Assembly (NCBI GenBank): GCA_964389675.1
Contig: CAYMEV010000022.1
Span: forward strand, 1-57,785
Length of the DNA: 57,785 nucleotides
Origin: an uncultured Candidatus Sumerlaeota bacterium
GTDB taxonomy: Bacteria > CAYMEV01
Direction: 5' to 3'
Shown: in pieces, positions 18,036 through 28,302 of the stretch
Layout: every line of letters starts with the position of its first letter
How positions within the stretch are numbered: the stretch's first letter is position 1
Notes under the pieces: generated by a model
The model's database searches: none
Told to the model about the DNA's origin: nothing
Seen by the model: only the letters and a program-made list of their open reading frames with translations
Program-made: the position numbers and the translations under genes

Positions 18036-19847
18036 CTAATATATTCTTATATCCTTTATTTTCATCTGGATAATCTCTCTGTCATTTTTTATTATGGTTC
18101 CTGGAATAAATGCCGTATCAACCAGTGCATTATCCCTTTTAACATCCTCAAGGTATTTGCCGAAATTAAATCCAAATGCCTGAAACTTATCATTGTTGTC
18201 AGTAAGATCCAGTAGAAGGTGCTTTTCATTTATTACCTTCGGGAAATTTATTACCCTTAAAGCTTTAACAGCAAAAAGCGGCCTGGGGTTTCCACTTCCG
18301 AATGGCGATAGAAGATGCAGCTCTTTTATGAGTCTTTTGTTTATATCACCCAGTTTGATCATAGCATCAATATTAAGGACGCGGGTTGGCGGTTTTCCGT
18401 TGAAGTGGCTTATTGCAGCTTCATTGAGCTTTGATCTTAGAAGAGCTATTTTTTTCTTTTCAACAAATAGCCCTAAAGCCATCTTGTGGCCGCCGAACTG
18501 GATCAGCAGCTTTGATTCTGCATCATTTTCATCACAGATATCCGAAATATTTGAAAAGGCCTGGAAGAGGTCAAATTCATCATCGCTTGAAGACTCCATG
18601 TCCTTGCCAAGGTAGGAATTGTTGAACCCCATATAATAACGGGCACTGCCATAGCCTATATTATCCTTGTCAATGGATATTACACAAGCAGGATAGAGAT
18701 GCCTCTCGGTTAATTTAGATGCAACGATGTCAATTACTCCCTTGTGCCATCCCTCTTTTGCTATAACAATAAATTTATCTTTATAGTATTCATTTTTCTG
18801 GAAAATATCCTCAGCTTCTTTGTAGATTCTTGTCTGAATAGCCTGTCTTGAAAGGTTTATATTTTCAAGCTGATTAACAAGCTCTTCAGCTTCCCTGAGG
18901 TTTTTCGACAGGAGAAGCTTTATGGCCATATTAGCATCATCCAGACGGCCTGCAGCATTGAGCCTTGGACCGATCCGGAAGCTGATATCCTCTGATGTAA
19001 GTTCTTTTGAATTAAGGTTAAGAAGGCTTTTCATAGCCTTCAAACCGGGATTATTTGTCCTTGTTGCCTCGGCAAGCCCCTTTTTTACTATTATCCTGTT
19101 TTCGCCTACAAGCTTTGCCACATCAGCTACAGTACCTATTGCAGTCAGTTCAAGGAAAGGTTTTAAGGAAAAATCAGCTGAAAACCTCGACTTAATGCCC
19201 TGGATGAGCTTGAAAATTATTCCGCAGCCGGCCAGGCTTTTGTCAGGGTAATAGCAGTCCTTCCTCAACGGGTTTACTACTGCATAGGCACCGTGTTTCA
19301 GCGGCAGGTCACCCCATGGTTCATGGTGGTCAGTAATAATGATATCAAGATTAGGTTTCGAGTGCGCATGCTCTACAACATTAAAGGCTGAAATGCCCCA
19401 GTCAGCAGTTATTATCAATGTAACACCCATCTGGCTTGCTGTATCTATGACTTCGAGGGGAATTCCGTCTATGCCCCCCTTTGCCCTGCTGACAATATAA
19501 TAGATCGGTTTTATTTTCATTAAATTGAAAAGGAAAATAAGCATTACTGTTGATGTTATGCCATCCACATCATTATCGCTTATTATAAGGACCCTTTCAT
19601 GCTTCTGGCTTGCTTTAAGGATTCTCTCAACGACCATATCCATATCTTTCATCGAAAAAGGATTGAACAGGTTTGAAAGGTCAATATTGAGGAAATTGTC
19701 AATCTTTGCAGGATCTGTATAGCCCCTGTTTATAAGTATCTGGGAGGCAATAGGGCTCAGGTTGAATTCTTTTGATATATTCTCCTGAACTTCAACATTC
19801 TGCGGGATAATCCTCCATCTAAGCCTGTTTGAATGTATTTCATTCAT
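18036..19847 (-). CDS. recJ: ssDNA-specific exonuclease RecJ
   Basis: DxDVDG, TDHH, GTVADV, PRLNAAGRL, GSAR, GGH and PFGSGNPRP motifs. Confidence 0.93.
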   Translation of the reverse strand: MNEIHSNRLRWRIIPQNVEVQENISKEFNLSPIASQILINRGYTDPAKIDNFLNIDLSNLFNPFSMKDMDMVVERILKASQKHERVLIISDNDVDGITSTVMLIFLFNLMKIKPIYYIVSRAKGGIDGIPLEVIDTASQMGVTLIITADWGISAFNVVEHAHSKPNLDIIITDHHEPWGDLPLKHGAYAVVNPLRKDCYYPDKSLAGCGIIFKLIQGIKSRFSADFSLKPFLELTAIGTVADVAKLVGENRIIVKKGLAEATRTNNPGLKAMKSLLNLNSKELTSEDISFRIGPRLNAAGRLDDANMAIKLLLSKNLREAEELVNQLENINLSRQAIQTRIYKEAEDIFQKNEYYKDKFIVIAKEGWHKGVIDIVASKLTERHLYPACVISIDKDNIGYGSARYYMGFNNSYLGKDMESSSDDEFDLFQAFSNISDICDENDAESKLLIQFGGHKMALGLFVEKKKIALLRSKLNEAAISHFNGKPPTRVLNIDAMIKLGDINKRLIKELHLLSPFGSGNPRPLFAVKALRVINFPKVINEKHLLLDLTDNNDKFQAFGFNFGKYLEDVKRDNALVDTAFIPGTIIKNDREIIQMKIKDIRIY

Positions 19848-19907
19848 TATAAAACCAAAAACTTTCCTATATCATTTATTTTATAATATATGCTAATAAC
19901 AAAAAAA

Positions 19908-20861
19908 TCAATTAAACTTTTTCTTTTTAAGGTAATTATCAAAGGATTTGACCGTTTTTACAAGACCTTCCCTGAGTTTCACCTCAGGATACCAGTTGAG
20001 AAGCTGATTAGCTTTTTGAATATCAGGTTTTCTCTTAACGGGATCATCATCAGGCAATTGTTTATAGACCGTCTTTGAAGAAGATCCTGTAATATCGATT
20101 ACCATTTCTGCAAGCTCAGATATGGTTACCTCTTCGGGATTACCAAGGTTTATAGGCCCGATTGTCTTATCTGTATCCATAAGCAGTAAAAGGGCTTCTA
20201 TCATATCTGATATATAGCAGAATGACCTTGTCTGGCTGCCATCCCCGTATATTGTAAGATTTTCATTGTTGAGAGCCTGGTAAATGAAGTTGGTTATTAC
20301 TCTGCCGTCCTTTATGGCCATTCTGGGGCCATATGTATTGAATATCCTTGCTATCCTGATATCAACATTGTTCTGCCTGTGATAATCCATAAAGAGTGTT
20401 TCTGCTACCCTTTTGCCTTCGTCATAACAGCTCCTTTTGCCTATTGGGTTGACATAGCCCCAGTAGTCTTCCTTTTGTGGATGCCTCTGAGGATCCCCAT
20501 AGACTTCAGAAGTTGATGAAAAAAGTACCTTGGCTTTTATTCGCTTTGCCAGCCCCAGCATATTTATGGAACCCATGACGGATGTCTTTACTGTTTTAAC
20601 AGGATTATACTGGTAGTGGATGGGTGATGCCGGGCATGCAAGGTGAAATATCTCATCTACTTCCAGCAGTATCGGATTGATTACATCATGCCTTATTATC
20701 TCAAAACTGGTATTCTTTTTCAGATGAGATATATTCTGCATGCTCCCGGTATAGAAATTATCCAGGCAAATGACATAATGTCCAAGATCGAGGCACCTTT
20801 CACATAGGTGACTGCCGATAAAACCGGCGCCCCCGGTTATCAAAACAACTTTATGTTCCAT
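19908..20861 (-). CDS. UDP-glucuronate decarboxylase-family SDR
   Basis: [26 protein letters not shown] and YDEGKR. Confidence 0.92.
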   Translation of the reverse strand: MEHKVVLITGGAGFIGSHLCERCLDLGHYVICLDNFYTGSMQNISHLKKNTSFEIIRHDVINPILLEVDEIFHLACPASPIHYQYNPVKTVKTSVMGSINMLGLAKRIKAKVLFSSTSEVYGDPQRHPQKEDYWGYVNPIGKRSCYDEGKRVAETLFMDYHRQNNVDIRIARIFNTYGPRMAIKDGRVITNFIYQALNNENLTIYGDGSQTRSFCYISDMIEALLLLMDTDKTIGPINLGNPEEVTISELAEMVIDITGSSSKTVYKQLPDDDPVKRKPDIQKANQLLNWYPEVKLREGLVKTVKSFDNYLKKKKFN

Positions 20862-20869
20862 AACTTATA

Positions 20870-20942
20870 CGACCCCAACGGGTTTCGAACCCGTGTCACC
20901 GGCGTGAGAGGCCGATATCCTAGACCACTAGACGATGGGGTC
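20870..20942 (-). tRNA. tRNA-Glu(CTC)
   Basis: GACCCCATCGTCTAG...TCGGCCT-CTC-ACGCCGG...TTCGAA...TGGGGTCG. Confidence 0.93.
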
Positions 20943-20944
20943 AA

Positions 20945-21015
20945 CTGGGGAGAGAGGATTTGAACCCCTATACCCAAAGCCAGAGTCTGGTGTCCTACCG
21001 TTGAACGACTCCCCA
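20945..21015 (-). tRNA. tRNA-Gln(CTG)
   Basis: TGGGGAGTCGTTCAACGGTAGGAC...CCAGACT-CTG-GCTTTGG...TTCAAAT...CTCCCCAG. Confidence 0.92.
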
Positions 21016-21027
21016 AAAACTTCCAAA

Positions 21028-21055
21028 ATTATATAGATTTCCTAAAACATATCAA
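21028..21055 (-). promoter_or_regulatory. Sigma70-type promoter TTGATA-N16-TATAAT for the tRNA-Gln/Glu operon
   Basis: Consensus -10 box lying 12 nt before tRNA-Gln. Confidence 0.65.
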
Positions 21056-21162
21056 GTAAAATCTTTAAGATATATCATAAAAAATAAAAAATATACAGAA
21101 GGGCTTTCGCACGGCGTTTTTGAACCGACTGGCATTAAAAACCAGCTGTGCAGGGTGGCAGT

Positions 21163-21726
21163 ATGAACAGTATTTCTGAAAAGAACCTGCTTAGCGTGTA
21201 TTCACTTTACGATAAGCTGATCAGCCCTATTGACAGGGTCTGGTCATCCTTTTTAGGCAAGTACGGGGATCATGTCTCCTGCAGGCCCGGGTGTTCATTG
21301 TGCTGTGAAAAAGGCCTTACTTTCTTTCCGGTGGAAGTATTCTATGCAGCTTATCATATCAGCAGAAACAGGGTTCTTCTTTCTGAATTAATCAGAAACA
21401 ACCATAGGGAAAAGGACAGGTGCATATTCCTTAGGGAGAATAAATGTTTTATATATCCTTTCAGGCCCATGCTTTGCAGGACATTCGGACTGCCGGTGAT
21501 GTACCTGGATGGTGAGAGCTATCTATTCGACATATGCGGCAAGAACCTTGAAGGGATGGTCATCGAAGAGCTGGACCTGAAATGTGTATTGAATATGGAT
21601 GCCCTGAACCAGAAGCTTGTGAATATAAACCGTTTATTTTCTGAGATGATGGGAATTGATAAATCTGCAAGATATACTGCTCAAAAGGTTCTTGAACTTT
21701 TGCAGGATACTGGGAGTCACAAATAA
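21163..21726 (+). CDS. YkgJ-family cysteine-cluster protein
   Basis: CRPGCSLCC...CIFL...CFIYPFRPMLCR. ATG 21163 preferred over GTG 21148. Confidence 0.85.
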   Translation: MNSISEKNLLSVYSLYDKLISPIDRVWSSFLGKYGDHVSCRPGCSLCCEKGLTFFPVEVFYAAYHISRNRVLLSELIRNNHREKDRCIFLRENKCFIYPFRPMLCRTFGLPVMYLDGESYLFDICGKNLEGMVIEELDLKCVLNMDALNQKLVNINRLFSEMMGIDKSARYTAQKVLELLQDTGSHK

Positions 21727-21798
21727 TTATTATTTGAAAAGTTAGCAATTATATGATATAGTGGAAATGGTATTCCGAGTTAGGGGATATAGCATTTT

Positions 21799-22524
21799 AT
21801 GACGAAGATAAATGTATTATTTCACGGTGATAAAGAAAAATTTAAGCATGTAAAGGGATTATTTCCGTCAGATAAATTCAGTTTCCATCATATTAATGAT
21901 TTATCTTTTACAGAGTCACAAATAATTGACAAGAACCCGAAGATTGTCTTTATATCCATTCTAAAACAGCAGAAGTTGAATGATATACCAGCACAGGTGC
22001 TTGAAAAGCAAAGGCATATGTCTTACTACTTTTTAATAGCTATCTTATCTGAAGATACTGAATATATGAAAGAACTGATATTAAAAAGCGGGTTTGATGA
22101 TGTTATCCTTGAGCCTTTTACAAAGGAAACAGCAGAGAGGATTGAAGGGCTTATTACTACGCCGAGGCGTGAGATCAGGGCAATACTGGTCCAGGGATGG
22201 GCTATTGAGAATGAGGACAAAAGCTTCTTTTTTGCAAAATCAAGGGACCTCAGCAGGTCCGGTATGATGTTTGAAGCTTCAAAAGACCTTTCTCTCGGGC
22301 AGGAGGTAAAGGTGAGTTTTGTCATGCCGATAATCAAGGAAAACATTACCGTTACCGGGAAAATAGTAAGGAGAATACCACCAGGTGCACAGGGAGAGTA
22401 CACCAGATATGCCCTTAATTTTGTGAATATTCCGAGGTATTCGCAGAAGGTTCTTGACCAATTTTTCCATGAGGAGCAGGTTGATGAAGGAAAATCAGAT
22501 AAAGACAGTATGTCCAAAATGTAA
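21799..22524 (+). CDS. Pseudo-receiver plus PilZ domain protein
   Basis: RREIR (RxxxR) and DLSRSG (DxSxxG); the N-terminal REC-like part lacks the conserved Asp/Lys. Confidence 0.8.
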   Translation: MTKINVLFHGDKEKFKHVKGLFPSDKFSFHHINDLSFTESQIIDKNPKIVFISILKQQKLNDIPAQVLEKQRHMSYYFLIAILSEDTEYMKELILKSGFDDVILEPFTKETAERIEGLITTPRREIRAILVQGWAIENEDKSFFFAKSRDLSRSGMMFEASKDLSLGQEVKVSFVMPIIKENITVTGKIVRRIPPGAQGEYTRYALNFVNIPRYSQKVLDQFFHEEQVDEGKSDKDSMSKM

Positions 22525-22927
22525 AAGCCAGTACATAATAGAAAAGGATAAATCCGGACTGCATTATATCTGCCCGCAGTGCAGTTATAAGATACCCCTT
22601 TATAACAAATTCATTGAGCTTTCAGCAAAGAATTACAGCAAGACAATAGAAGATAATACAGGGGTACTCATTATTGTCTTTGTGGCAGACTGGAGTCAGC
22701 CATCTAAAAACTATGACATCCCTATGAAAAAAATAGCAAATCAGTACTATAATAAAATAAGAATTGCTGTCTATGATATTGCAGAATCAGAAGAGCATGC
22801 AAAAGAGCTTAAAATATTTTCCATCCCGACTATTCTAATCTTTAAGGACCAGAACCAGAAAGAAAGGCTGGAGGGATTCTTTTCCGCTGAAGAACTGTCA
22901 ATTTATATTGAAAGACATCTTTCATAG
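22484..22927 (+). CDS. Zinc-ribbon thioredoxin-fold protein lacking the redox cysteines
   Basis: CPKC...CPQC, then ADWSQPSK at the WCxPC position and SIPT cis-Pro; GAGGAG SD before ATG 22484. Confidence 0.8.
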   Translation: MKENQIKTVCPKCKSQYIIEKDKSGLHYICPQCSYKIPLYNKFIELSAKNYSKTIEDNTGVLIIVFVADWSQPSKNYDIPMKKIANQYYNKIRIAVYDIAESEEHAKELKIFSIPTILIFKDQNQKERLEGFFSAEELSIYIERHLS

Positions 22928-22935
22928 CCGGCATT

Positions 22936-24036
22936 ATGAAACTCTGTATTGATGCAAGACCTCTTCTGGGCAATATGACGGGAATAGCAAACTACGTATT
23001 CCACATTGTAAAAAACATAAGCCAGATTGACCATGACCTTACAATAAAATGCTTTTATGCTTCAATTAGGGCCCGCAGGAAGAAGCTGTTTGCAAATAAT
23101 GATAAAATAGAAGAATACAGGTACATGATCCCCAACAGGCTCCTTAATTATTTCTGGTCCTATGCCGGCCTTCCGAAAGTTGAATGGTTAACAGGGGATG
23201 TTGATGTAATACATGCAACAAACTACTATTATATGCCCCATAAAAAGAAGGCAAGGCTTATAACCACTGTACATGATATAAACTTTTTGAAATACAGGCA
23301 TTTTGCATCAAAGGACATTAAAAGTATCATAACAGGAAGACTAGGCAAATTCCTTATAAAAAGCAATTTTATAATAACCCCCTCCAACAGCGTAAAAAAT
23401 GATATACTGGAATATTTCAGGGACATAGACGAATCTAAAATAAAGCCTATATACCATGGGATTGACCCAATTTACAGCAACCATGAAAGGAATATGGATC
23501 CAATAATCAGCGACGACTATATACTTGCTGTCGGAAGCTTTATACCCAGGAAAAATTTTAATAGGCTTATAAAGGCATTTTCTCAAATCAGCAGTTCTGA
23601 ACTGAAGGATACCAGGCTTGTGATTGCAGGGCCAGTTCCAGGTAAAGTCAGGGCGGATAAAGAAGAATATGCCAGAAAGAATATAATCATCTATGATTAT
23701 ATATCACAGGAAAGCCTGATAAATCTCTATAAATATGCAAAACTGTTTGTAATGCCCTCCCTTGATGAAGGTTTCTGCTTCCCTGTTATAGAGGCACAAT
23801 CCATGGGGATTCCGGTTGTTATTTCTGATATCCCGGTATTTAGAGAAATTGCCGGTGATTCAGCTCTGTATTTTTCCCCCATGGATACTGGAGCCATTGC
23901 TGATAGAATCCTTTATTCCATTAATAATGCTGAACTACGTAAGGATCTGGTTCAGAAGGGCTATGATAATCTGGCCAGGTATAACTGGTCAGAGTCTGCA
24001 AGAAAGCATTTAGAGCTTTATGAAAGATGTTTATAG
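22936..24036 (+). CDS. Glycosyltransferase family 4
   Basis: TVHD, PRKN and PSLDEGFCFPVIEA. Confidence 0.9.
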   Translation: MKLCIDARPLLGNMTGIANYVFHIVKNISQIDHDLTIKCFYASIRARRKKLFANNDKIEEYRYMIPNRLLNYFWSYAGLPKVEWLTGDVDVIHATNYYYMPHKKKARLITTVHDINFLKYRHFASKDIKSIITGRLGKFLIKSNFIITPSNSVKNDILEYFRDIDESKIKPIYHGIDPIYSNHERNMDPIISDDYILAVGSFIPRKNFNRLIKAFSQISSSELKDTRLVIAGPVPGKVRADKEEYARKNIIIYDYISQESLINLYKYAKLFVMPSLDEGFCFPVIEAQSMGIPVVISDIPVFREIAGDSALYFSPMDTGAIADRILYSINNAELRKDLVQKGYDNLARYNWSESARKHLELYERCL

Positions 24037-24039
24037 TCT

Positions 24040-25083
24040 ATGAGTAAAAAGATACTGGTTGATGGAAGGTATATAACAAGGGAAGGGACAGGGATATCAT
24101 TCTATACCAGAGAGCTTATAAGGGTCTTATCTCTCTGCCCGGAAATAGAGCTTACAGTCCTTGACACACCTGACGGAAATGCTCAGTATAGAAATAAGAT
24201 AATTACAAACTATGGCCGGGAAAATCACTCAACCAGCCTGCTATGGTATTCATTCGGCCTTCAGAGGCAGCTTAAGCGTGAGAGGTATGATATATTTCAT
24301 TCGCCTGCATTCAATCTTCCTATTACATCATTCATCAAAAAGACTGTAACAATACACGACCTGACCCCGTTTCTGGTCCCGGAAGGCATGCCTCTAAAGT
24401 TCCGTATTTACCTGAAATATGCAATTATAAATTCAGTAAGGACAGCTGACAGGATACTGGCCGATTCAGAATCTGTCAAAAAAGAGCTGTCGGATATATT
24501 CGGAAAAGAAATTTCTGAGAAAACAGCTGTATGGAGCCCCTTATACAGAGATGTTTCACTTTTCAGGCATTCTATTGAGCCTAAAGATATGTATATTCTC
24601 TTTATCGGCAATATGCTTAAAAGAAAAAACCTTGAAATGCTCCTCGATATATTCCCTCATATACAGGAAAAATTTTCCGGTATAAAACTCAAAATTGCAG
24701 GTATTTCTTCAAAAGGGATAAGTAAACCAGGAATAGAGTTCCTGGGATATGTTGACGAAAAGCAGAAAGAGGAGCTTTATAAAAAGGCGTTATTGCTCGT
24801 AGCGCCATCAATCTATGAAGGATTCGGTATTCCCATCCATGAAGCCTTCTTTTATGAGACTCCTGTTCTTGCATCTGATATACAGGTACATAGGGAAACG
24901 GGAGGGGATGCGGCAATTTATTTTAATCCACGAGATCCCGATGACCTTCTGGGTAAAATGGTAAACCTCCTTTCTGACAAAGATCTCAGGAAAACCTGTA
25001 TGCAAAAGGGTATTATACAGCTTCAAAGGTATAAGGAGGACTATTGCCCTGATGATTTATGGAAAATATTTTTACAGCTTTAA
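24040..25083 (+). CDS. Glycosyltransferase family 4
   Basis: TIHD, RKN and PSIYEGFGIPIHEA. Confidence 0.9.
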   Translation: MSKKILVDGRYITREGTGISFYTRELIRVLSLCPEIELTVLDTPDGNAQYRNKIITNYGRENHSTSLLWYSFGLQRQLKRERYDIFHSPAFNLPITSFIKKTVTIHDLTPFLVPEGMPLKFRIYLKYAIINSVRTADRILADSESVKKELSDIFGKEISEKTAVWSPLYRDVSLFRHSIEPKDMYILFIGNMLKRKNLEMLLDIFPHIQEKFSGIKLKIAGISSKGISKPGIEFLGYVDEKQKEELYKKALLLVAPSIYEGFGIPIHEAFFYETPVLASDIQVHRETGGDAAIYFNPRDPDDLLGKMVNLLSDKDLRKTCMQKGIIQLQRYKEDYCPDDLWKIFLQL

Positions 25084-25131
25084 AAAAATAATTTATTGTT
25101 AATATAAATTTTTTAAAAGGAGATTTATAAA

Positions 25132-26241
25132 TTGACAGAGAAGAAATATGCAGATGTCAAAAGCCTTAAGGATTTTGTAAGGTCAATACTTATTAAACTC
25201 GGAGTGCCGGATGAAGACAGCGGGATAACCGCAGATGTCCTTGTTCTTGCTGACAAAAGAGGCATAGGATCTCATGGTGTTGCAAGGCTGAAAAGGTATA
25301 TAGACGGAATTAAATCAGGAATAATGAAACCTGCAGCGCATGTAAAAATTATTAAGGAAACGCCTGTATCCATGGTGATTGACGGCGGAGACGGCCTCGG
25401 TCAGGTGGTAAGCTTCAATACCATGAACAGGCTTATAGAAAAAGCCAGAAAGAGCTATATGGCTTTTGCATCCATTCGCAACAGCAATCATTATGGAATA
25501 GCCGGATACTATTCAATTATGGCCTTAGAAAAGGACATGATAGGGATATCCATGACAAATGCAGCTCCCCTTGTGCTTCCAACACACGGAAGGAATGCGG
25601 TCTTTGGCACTAATCCTATTGCTGTAGGGGTTCCATCGAACAAGAAGACTGCATTTCTCCTGGACATGGCCACATCTACAGTTCCCAGGGGAACGCTGGA
25701 GGTTTACGGCAGACAGGATAAGAGGATCCCTATTACCTGGGCAACTGACCATGAAGGTGTTGCTACACAGGACCCCAAGGAAGTCCTCAAAAACCTCCTT
25801 GAAAGAAAGGGGGGGGGCCTTCTCCCTTTAGGGGGCTCTGAGGAAGAGACAGGCGGGCATAAAGGTTTCGGGCTTGCAATGGTTGTCGAGATACTATGCT
25901 CAATCTTTTCAGATGGCAGTTTCGGCCTTGATGTATATAAGGAAAAGGATAAACCATCCGGTGTCTGCCATTTTCTCGGAGTTATTAATCCTGCAGCATT
26001 TGCCGGGATAGAGTCCATAAAGGAAAATACTGCACGCTTTATTGATATGTGTCATAACTCTCCCAGGGCAAAGGGGCAGGATTACATCTATTTTCCCGGT
26101 GAGAAGGAATATGATTTTTCTCTTAAATACAGTGAGTCTGTTCCTGTTGGCGATGCTGTTTTTAAGACACTTGAAAGTATATCGGGGGAGTTTGGTGTAG
26201 ATATGTTTAGATATAAGACCTGCAATGAGGGAAAGGAGTAA
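25132..26241 (+). CDS. Ldh_2-family (type 2 malate/L-lactate) dehydrogenase, probably malate dehydrogenase
   Basis: GIGSHG, NSNHYG, GTNPIA, DMATS and GHKGFGL; adjacent to sucCD. Confidence 0.88.
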   Translation: MTEKKYADVKSLKDFVRSILIKLGVPDEDSGITADVLVLADKRGIGSHGVARLKRYIDGIKSGIMKPAAHVKIIKETPVSMVIDGGDGLGQVVSFNTMNRLIEKARKSYMAFASIRNSNHYGIAGYYSIMALEKDMIGISMTNAAPLVLPTHGRNAVFGTNPIAVGVPSNKKTAFLLDMATSTVPRGTLEVYGRQDKRIPITWATDHEGVATQDPKEVLKNLLERKGGGLLPLGGSEEETGGHKGFGLAMVVEILCSIFSDGSFGLDVYKEKDKPSGVCHFLGVINPAAFAGIESIKENTARFIDMCHNSPRAKGQDYIYFPGEKEYDFSLKYSESVPVGDAVFKTLESISGEFGVDMFRYKTCNEGKE

Positions 26242-26245
26242 TATT

Positions 26246-27388
26246 ATGAACATATATGAATTTCAGGCAAAAAGCATTTTTTCCGGGTTCAATATACCTG
26301 TACTGCAGGGGGAGGTCGCCGGGAACGCCCAGCAGGCAGTCAAGATAGGCAACAGGCTCGGTTATCCGGTTGTGGTTAAAGCCCAGGTCCATGCAGGAGG
26401 AAGGGGGAAAGCAGGCGGGGTTAAGGTAGCACATGACTCCTATGAGCTTGAAAAACACTCTGAAGATATCCTTAAGCTTAAGATAAAGGGGCTCAGTGTA
26501 AATTATCTTCTGATAGAAAAGGCTGCGGAGATCGATAAGGAATTTTACCTCGGCCTCGTACTTGACAGAAACAGCAGGAGAATAGTAATAATTGCAAGCA
26601 AAGAAGGGGGAGTAGAGATAGAGGAGGTTGCAAAGAACACGCCTCACCTGATATACAAGCAGTATATAGATGTAGAATACGGACTTCTTGACTACCAGGC
26701 ACAGCTTGTCGGGTTTGAATTTTTTCCTGAAAAGGAAAAGGCTTTTGCCGTTGCAAATATACTGAAGTCCATGTACAAGATATTTGTAAAAAAGGATGCT
26801 ACCCTTCTGGAGATCAATCCTCTCGTAATTGCAAAAAATGGCCAGATAATTGCTCTGGATGGCAAGATAAACTTTGATGACAATGCACTGTCAAGGAATC
26901 CGGATATCGGGGAGTTTGCCCTCATAGATAAAAATGATGATGTGGAAAGGTCTGCCAAGGAGCACGGATTGAGCTTCATACCCCTTGACGGCAACATAGG
27001 ATGCATGGTTAACGGGGCAGGGCTTGCAATGGCTACGATGGACATAATAAAGAAATATGGCGGAGAACCTGCAAACTTCCTTGATATAGGAGGCAGTTCG
27101 AATCCACAGAAGGTCATAAAGGCATTTGAAATTATCCTTGGAGACAGGAATGTCAGGTCAATATTCATAAACATATTCGGGGGAATAACAAGGTGTGATG
27201 ATGTTGCAAAGGGAATTATCAGCGCCTTTAACCAGATGAGCATTGATATACCGATAGTGGTAAGGCTTACAGGAACAAATGCAGATATTGCAAAAAAGAT
27301 ACTATCGGAATCTCCACTTATAAGTGCATCCACCATGAGTGAAGGTGCAAAAAAGGCAGTAGAACTCTCGCAGAAAGGAGTCAATTGA
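26246..27388 (+). CDS. sucC: Succinyl-CoA synthetase beta subunit
   Basis: MNIYEFQAK, KAQVHAGGRGKAGG, NGAGLAMATMD and NIFGGITRCD. Confidence 0.96.
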   Translation: MNIYEFQAKSIFSGFNIPVLQGEVAGNAQQAVKIGNRLGYPVVVKAQVHAGGRGKAGGVKVAHDSYELEKHSEDILKLKIKGLSVNYLLIEKAAEIDKEFYLGLVLDRNSRRIVIIASKEGGVEIEEVAKNTPHLIYKQYIDVEYGLLDYQAQLVGFEFFPEKEKAFAVANILKSMYKIFVKKDATLLEINPLVIAKNGQIIALDGKINFDDNALSRNPDIGEFALIDKNDDVERSAKEHGLSFIPLDGNIGCMVNGAGLAMATMDIIKKYGGEPANFLDIGGSSNPQKVIKAFEIILGDRNVRSIFINIFGGITRCDDVAKGIISAFNQMSIDIPIVVRLTGTNADIAKKILSESPLISASTMSEGAKKAVELSQKGVN

Positions 27389-28257
27389 TGAGCATACTTT
27401 TAGATAAGGATTCAAGGGTAATAGTCCAGGGAATTACAGGCAGGGACGGTTCATTCCATACAAGGAGGATGAAGGCATACCATACAAACATAGTAGGTGG
27501 GGTAACACCGGGGAAGGAAGGAAAGGATCTGGACGGAATACCTGTCTTCAACAGTGTAGAAAAGGCAGTAAAAGAGACAGAGGCAGACATATCTGTTATC
27601 TTTGTTCCTGCACACCGGGCAGCTGATGCTGTTTTTGAGGCTGCAGGCTCCGGTATCAGCCTTATAGTTGTAATTTCTGAAGGTATTCCAGTCCTCGATA
27701 TGGCAAAGATTATCCCCTATCTAATTAAATGCAATGCAAGGATGATAGGGCCAAATTCTCCAGGGATGATATCCCCGGAAATAGGCTCTCTCGGCATATT
27801 TCCTACCAGTATAGTCAAAAAGGGGAGCATAGGCGTGATATCCAGATCAGGTACCCTTACATATGAGATAGTGCACAATCTCAGTTTATCCGGCCTTGGC
27901 CAGTCAACCTGCGTCGGTGTGGGAGGAGACCAGATAATCGGAATGCGCTTTATTGATTACCTTGAGCTTTTTGAGAAGGATCCCCAGACAGAAGCTGTCG
28001 TACTCATAGGGGAGATAGGTGGGACCGACGAGCAGGAGGCTGCCCGCTATATAAACAGGAATATGACCAAACCTGTTGTCAGCTTTATAGCAGGCAAAAC
28101 TGCCCCTCCGGGAAAACGAATGGGGCACGCAGGTGCTATAATATCAGGCGGCGACAATACTGCACAGGCAAAGATACAGATACTCCAGGACAATCAAATA
28201 AAGGTGATAAATGAACCAGGGGAAATAGGGGACGCTGTAAGAGCCCTTTTATCCTGA
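27385..28257 (+). CDS. sucD: Succinyl-CoA synthetase alpha subunit
   Basis: VIVQGITG, SRSGTLTYE and RMGHAGA phospho-His motif. Confidence 0.96.
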   Translation: MMSILLDKDSRVIVQGITGRDGSFHTRRMKAYHTNIVGGVTPGKEGKDLDGIPVFNSVEKAVKETEADISVIFVPAHRAADAVFEAAGSGISLIVVISEGIPVLDMAKIIPYLIKCNARMIGPNSPGMISPEIGSLGIFPTSIVKKGSIGVISRSGTLTYEIVHNLSLSGLGQSTCVGVGGDQIIGMRFIDYLELFEKDPQTEAVVLIGEIGGTDEQEAARYINRNMTKPVVSFIAGKTAPPGKRMGHAGAIISGGDNTAQAKIQILQDNQIKVINEPGEIGDAVRALLS

Positions 28258-28302
28258 AAAATCAGGCATTTCCCGGTTTTTATCAAAAGAGTTGTTCTTA
28301 AG

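Noticed and set aside
26692-27384. 230-aa minus-strand ORF
   Set aside because: Antisense shadow of sucC with no motifs.
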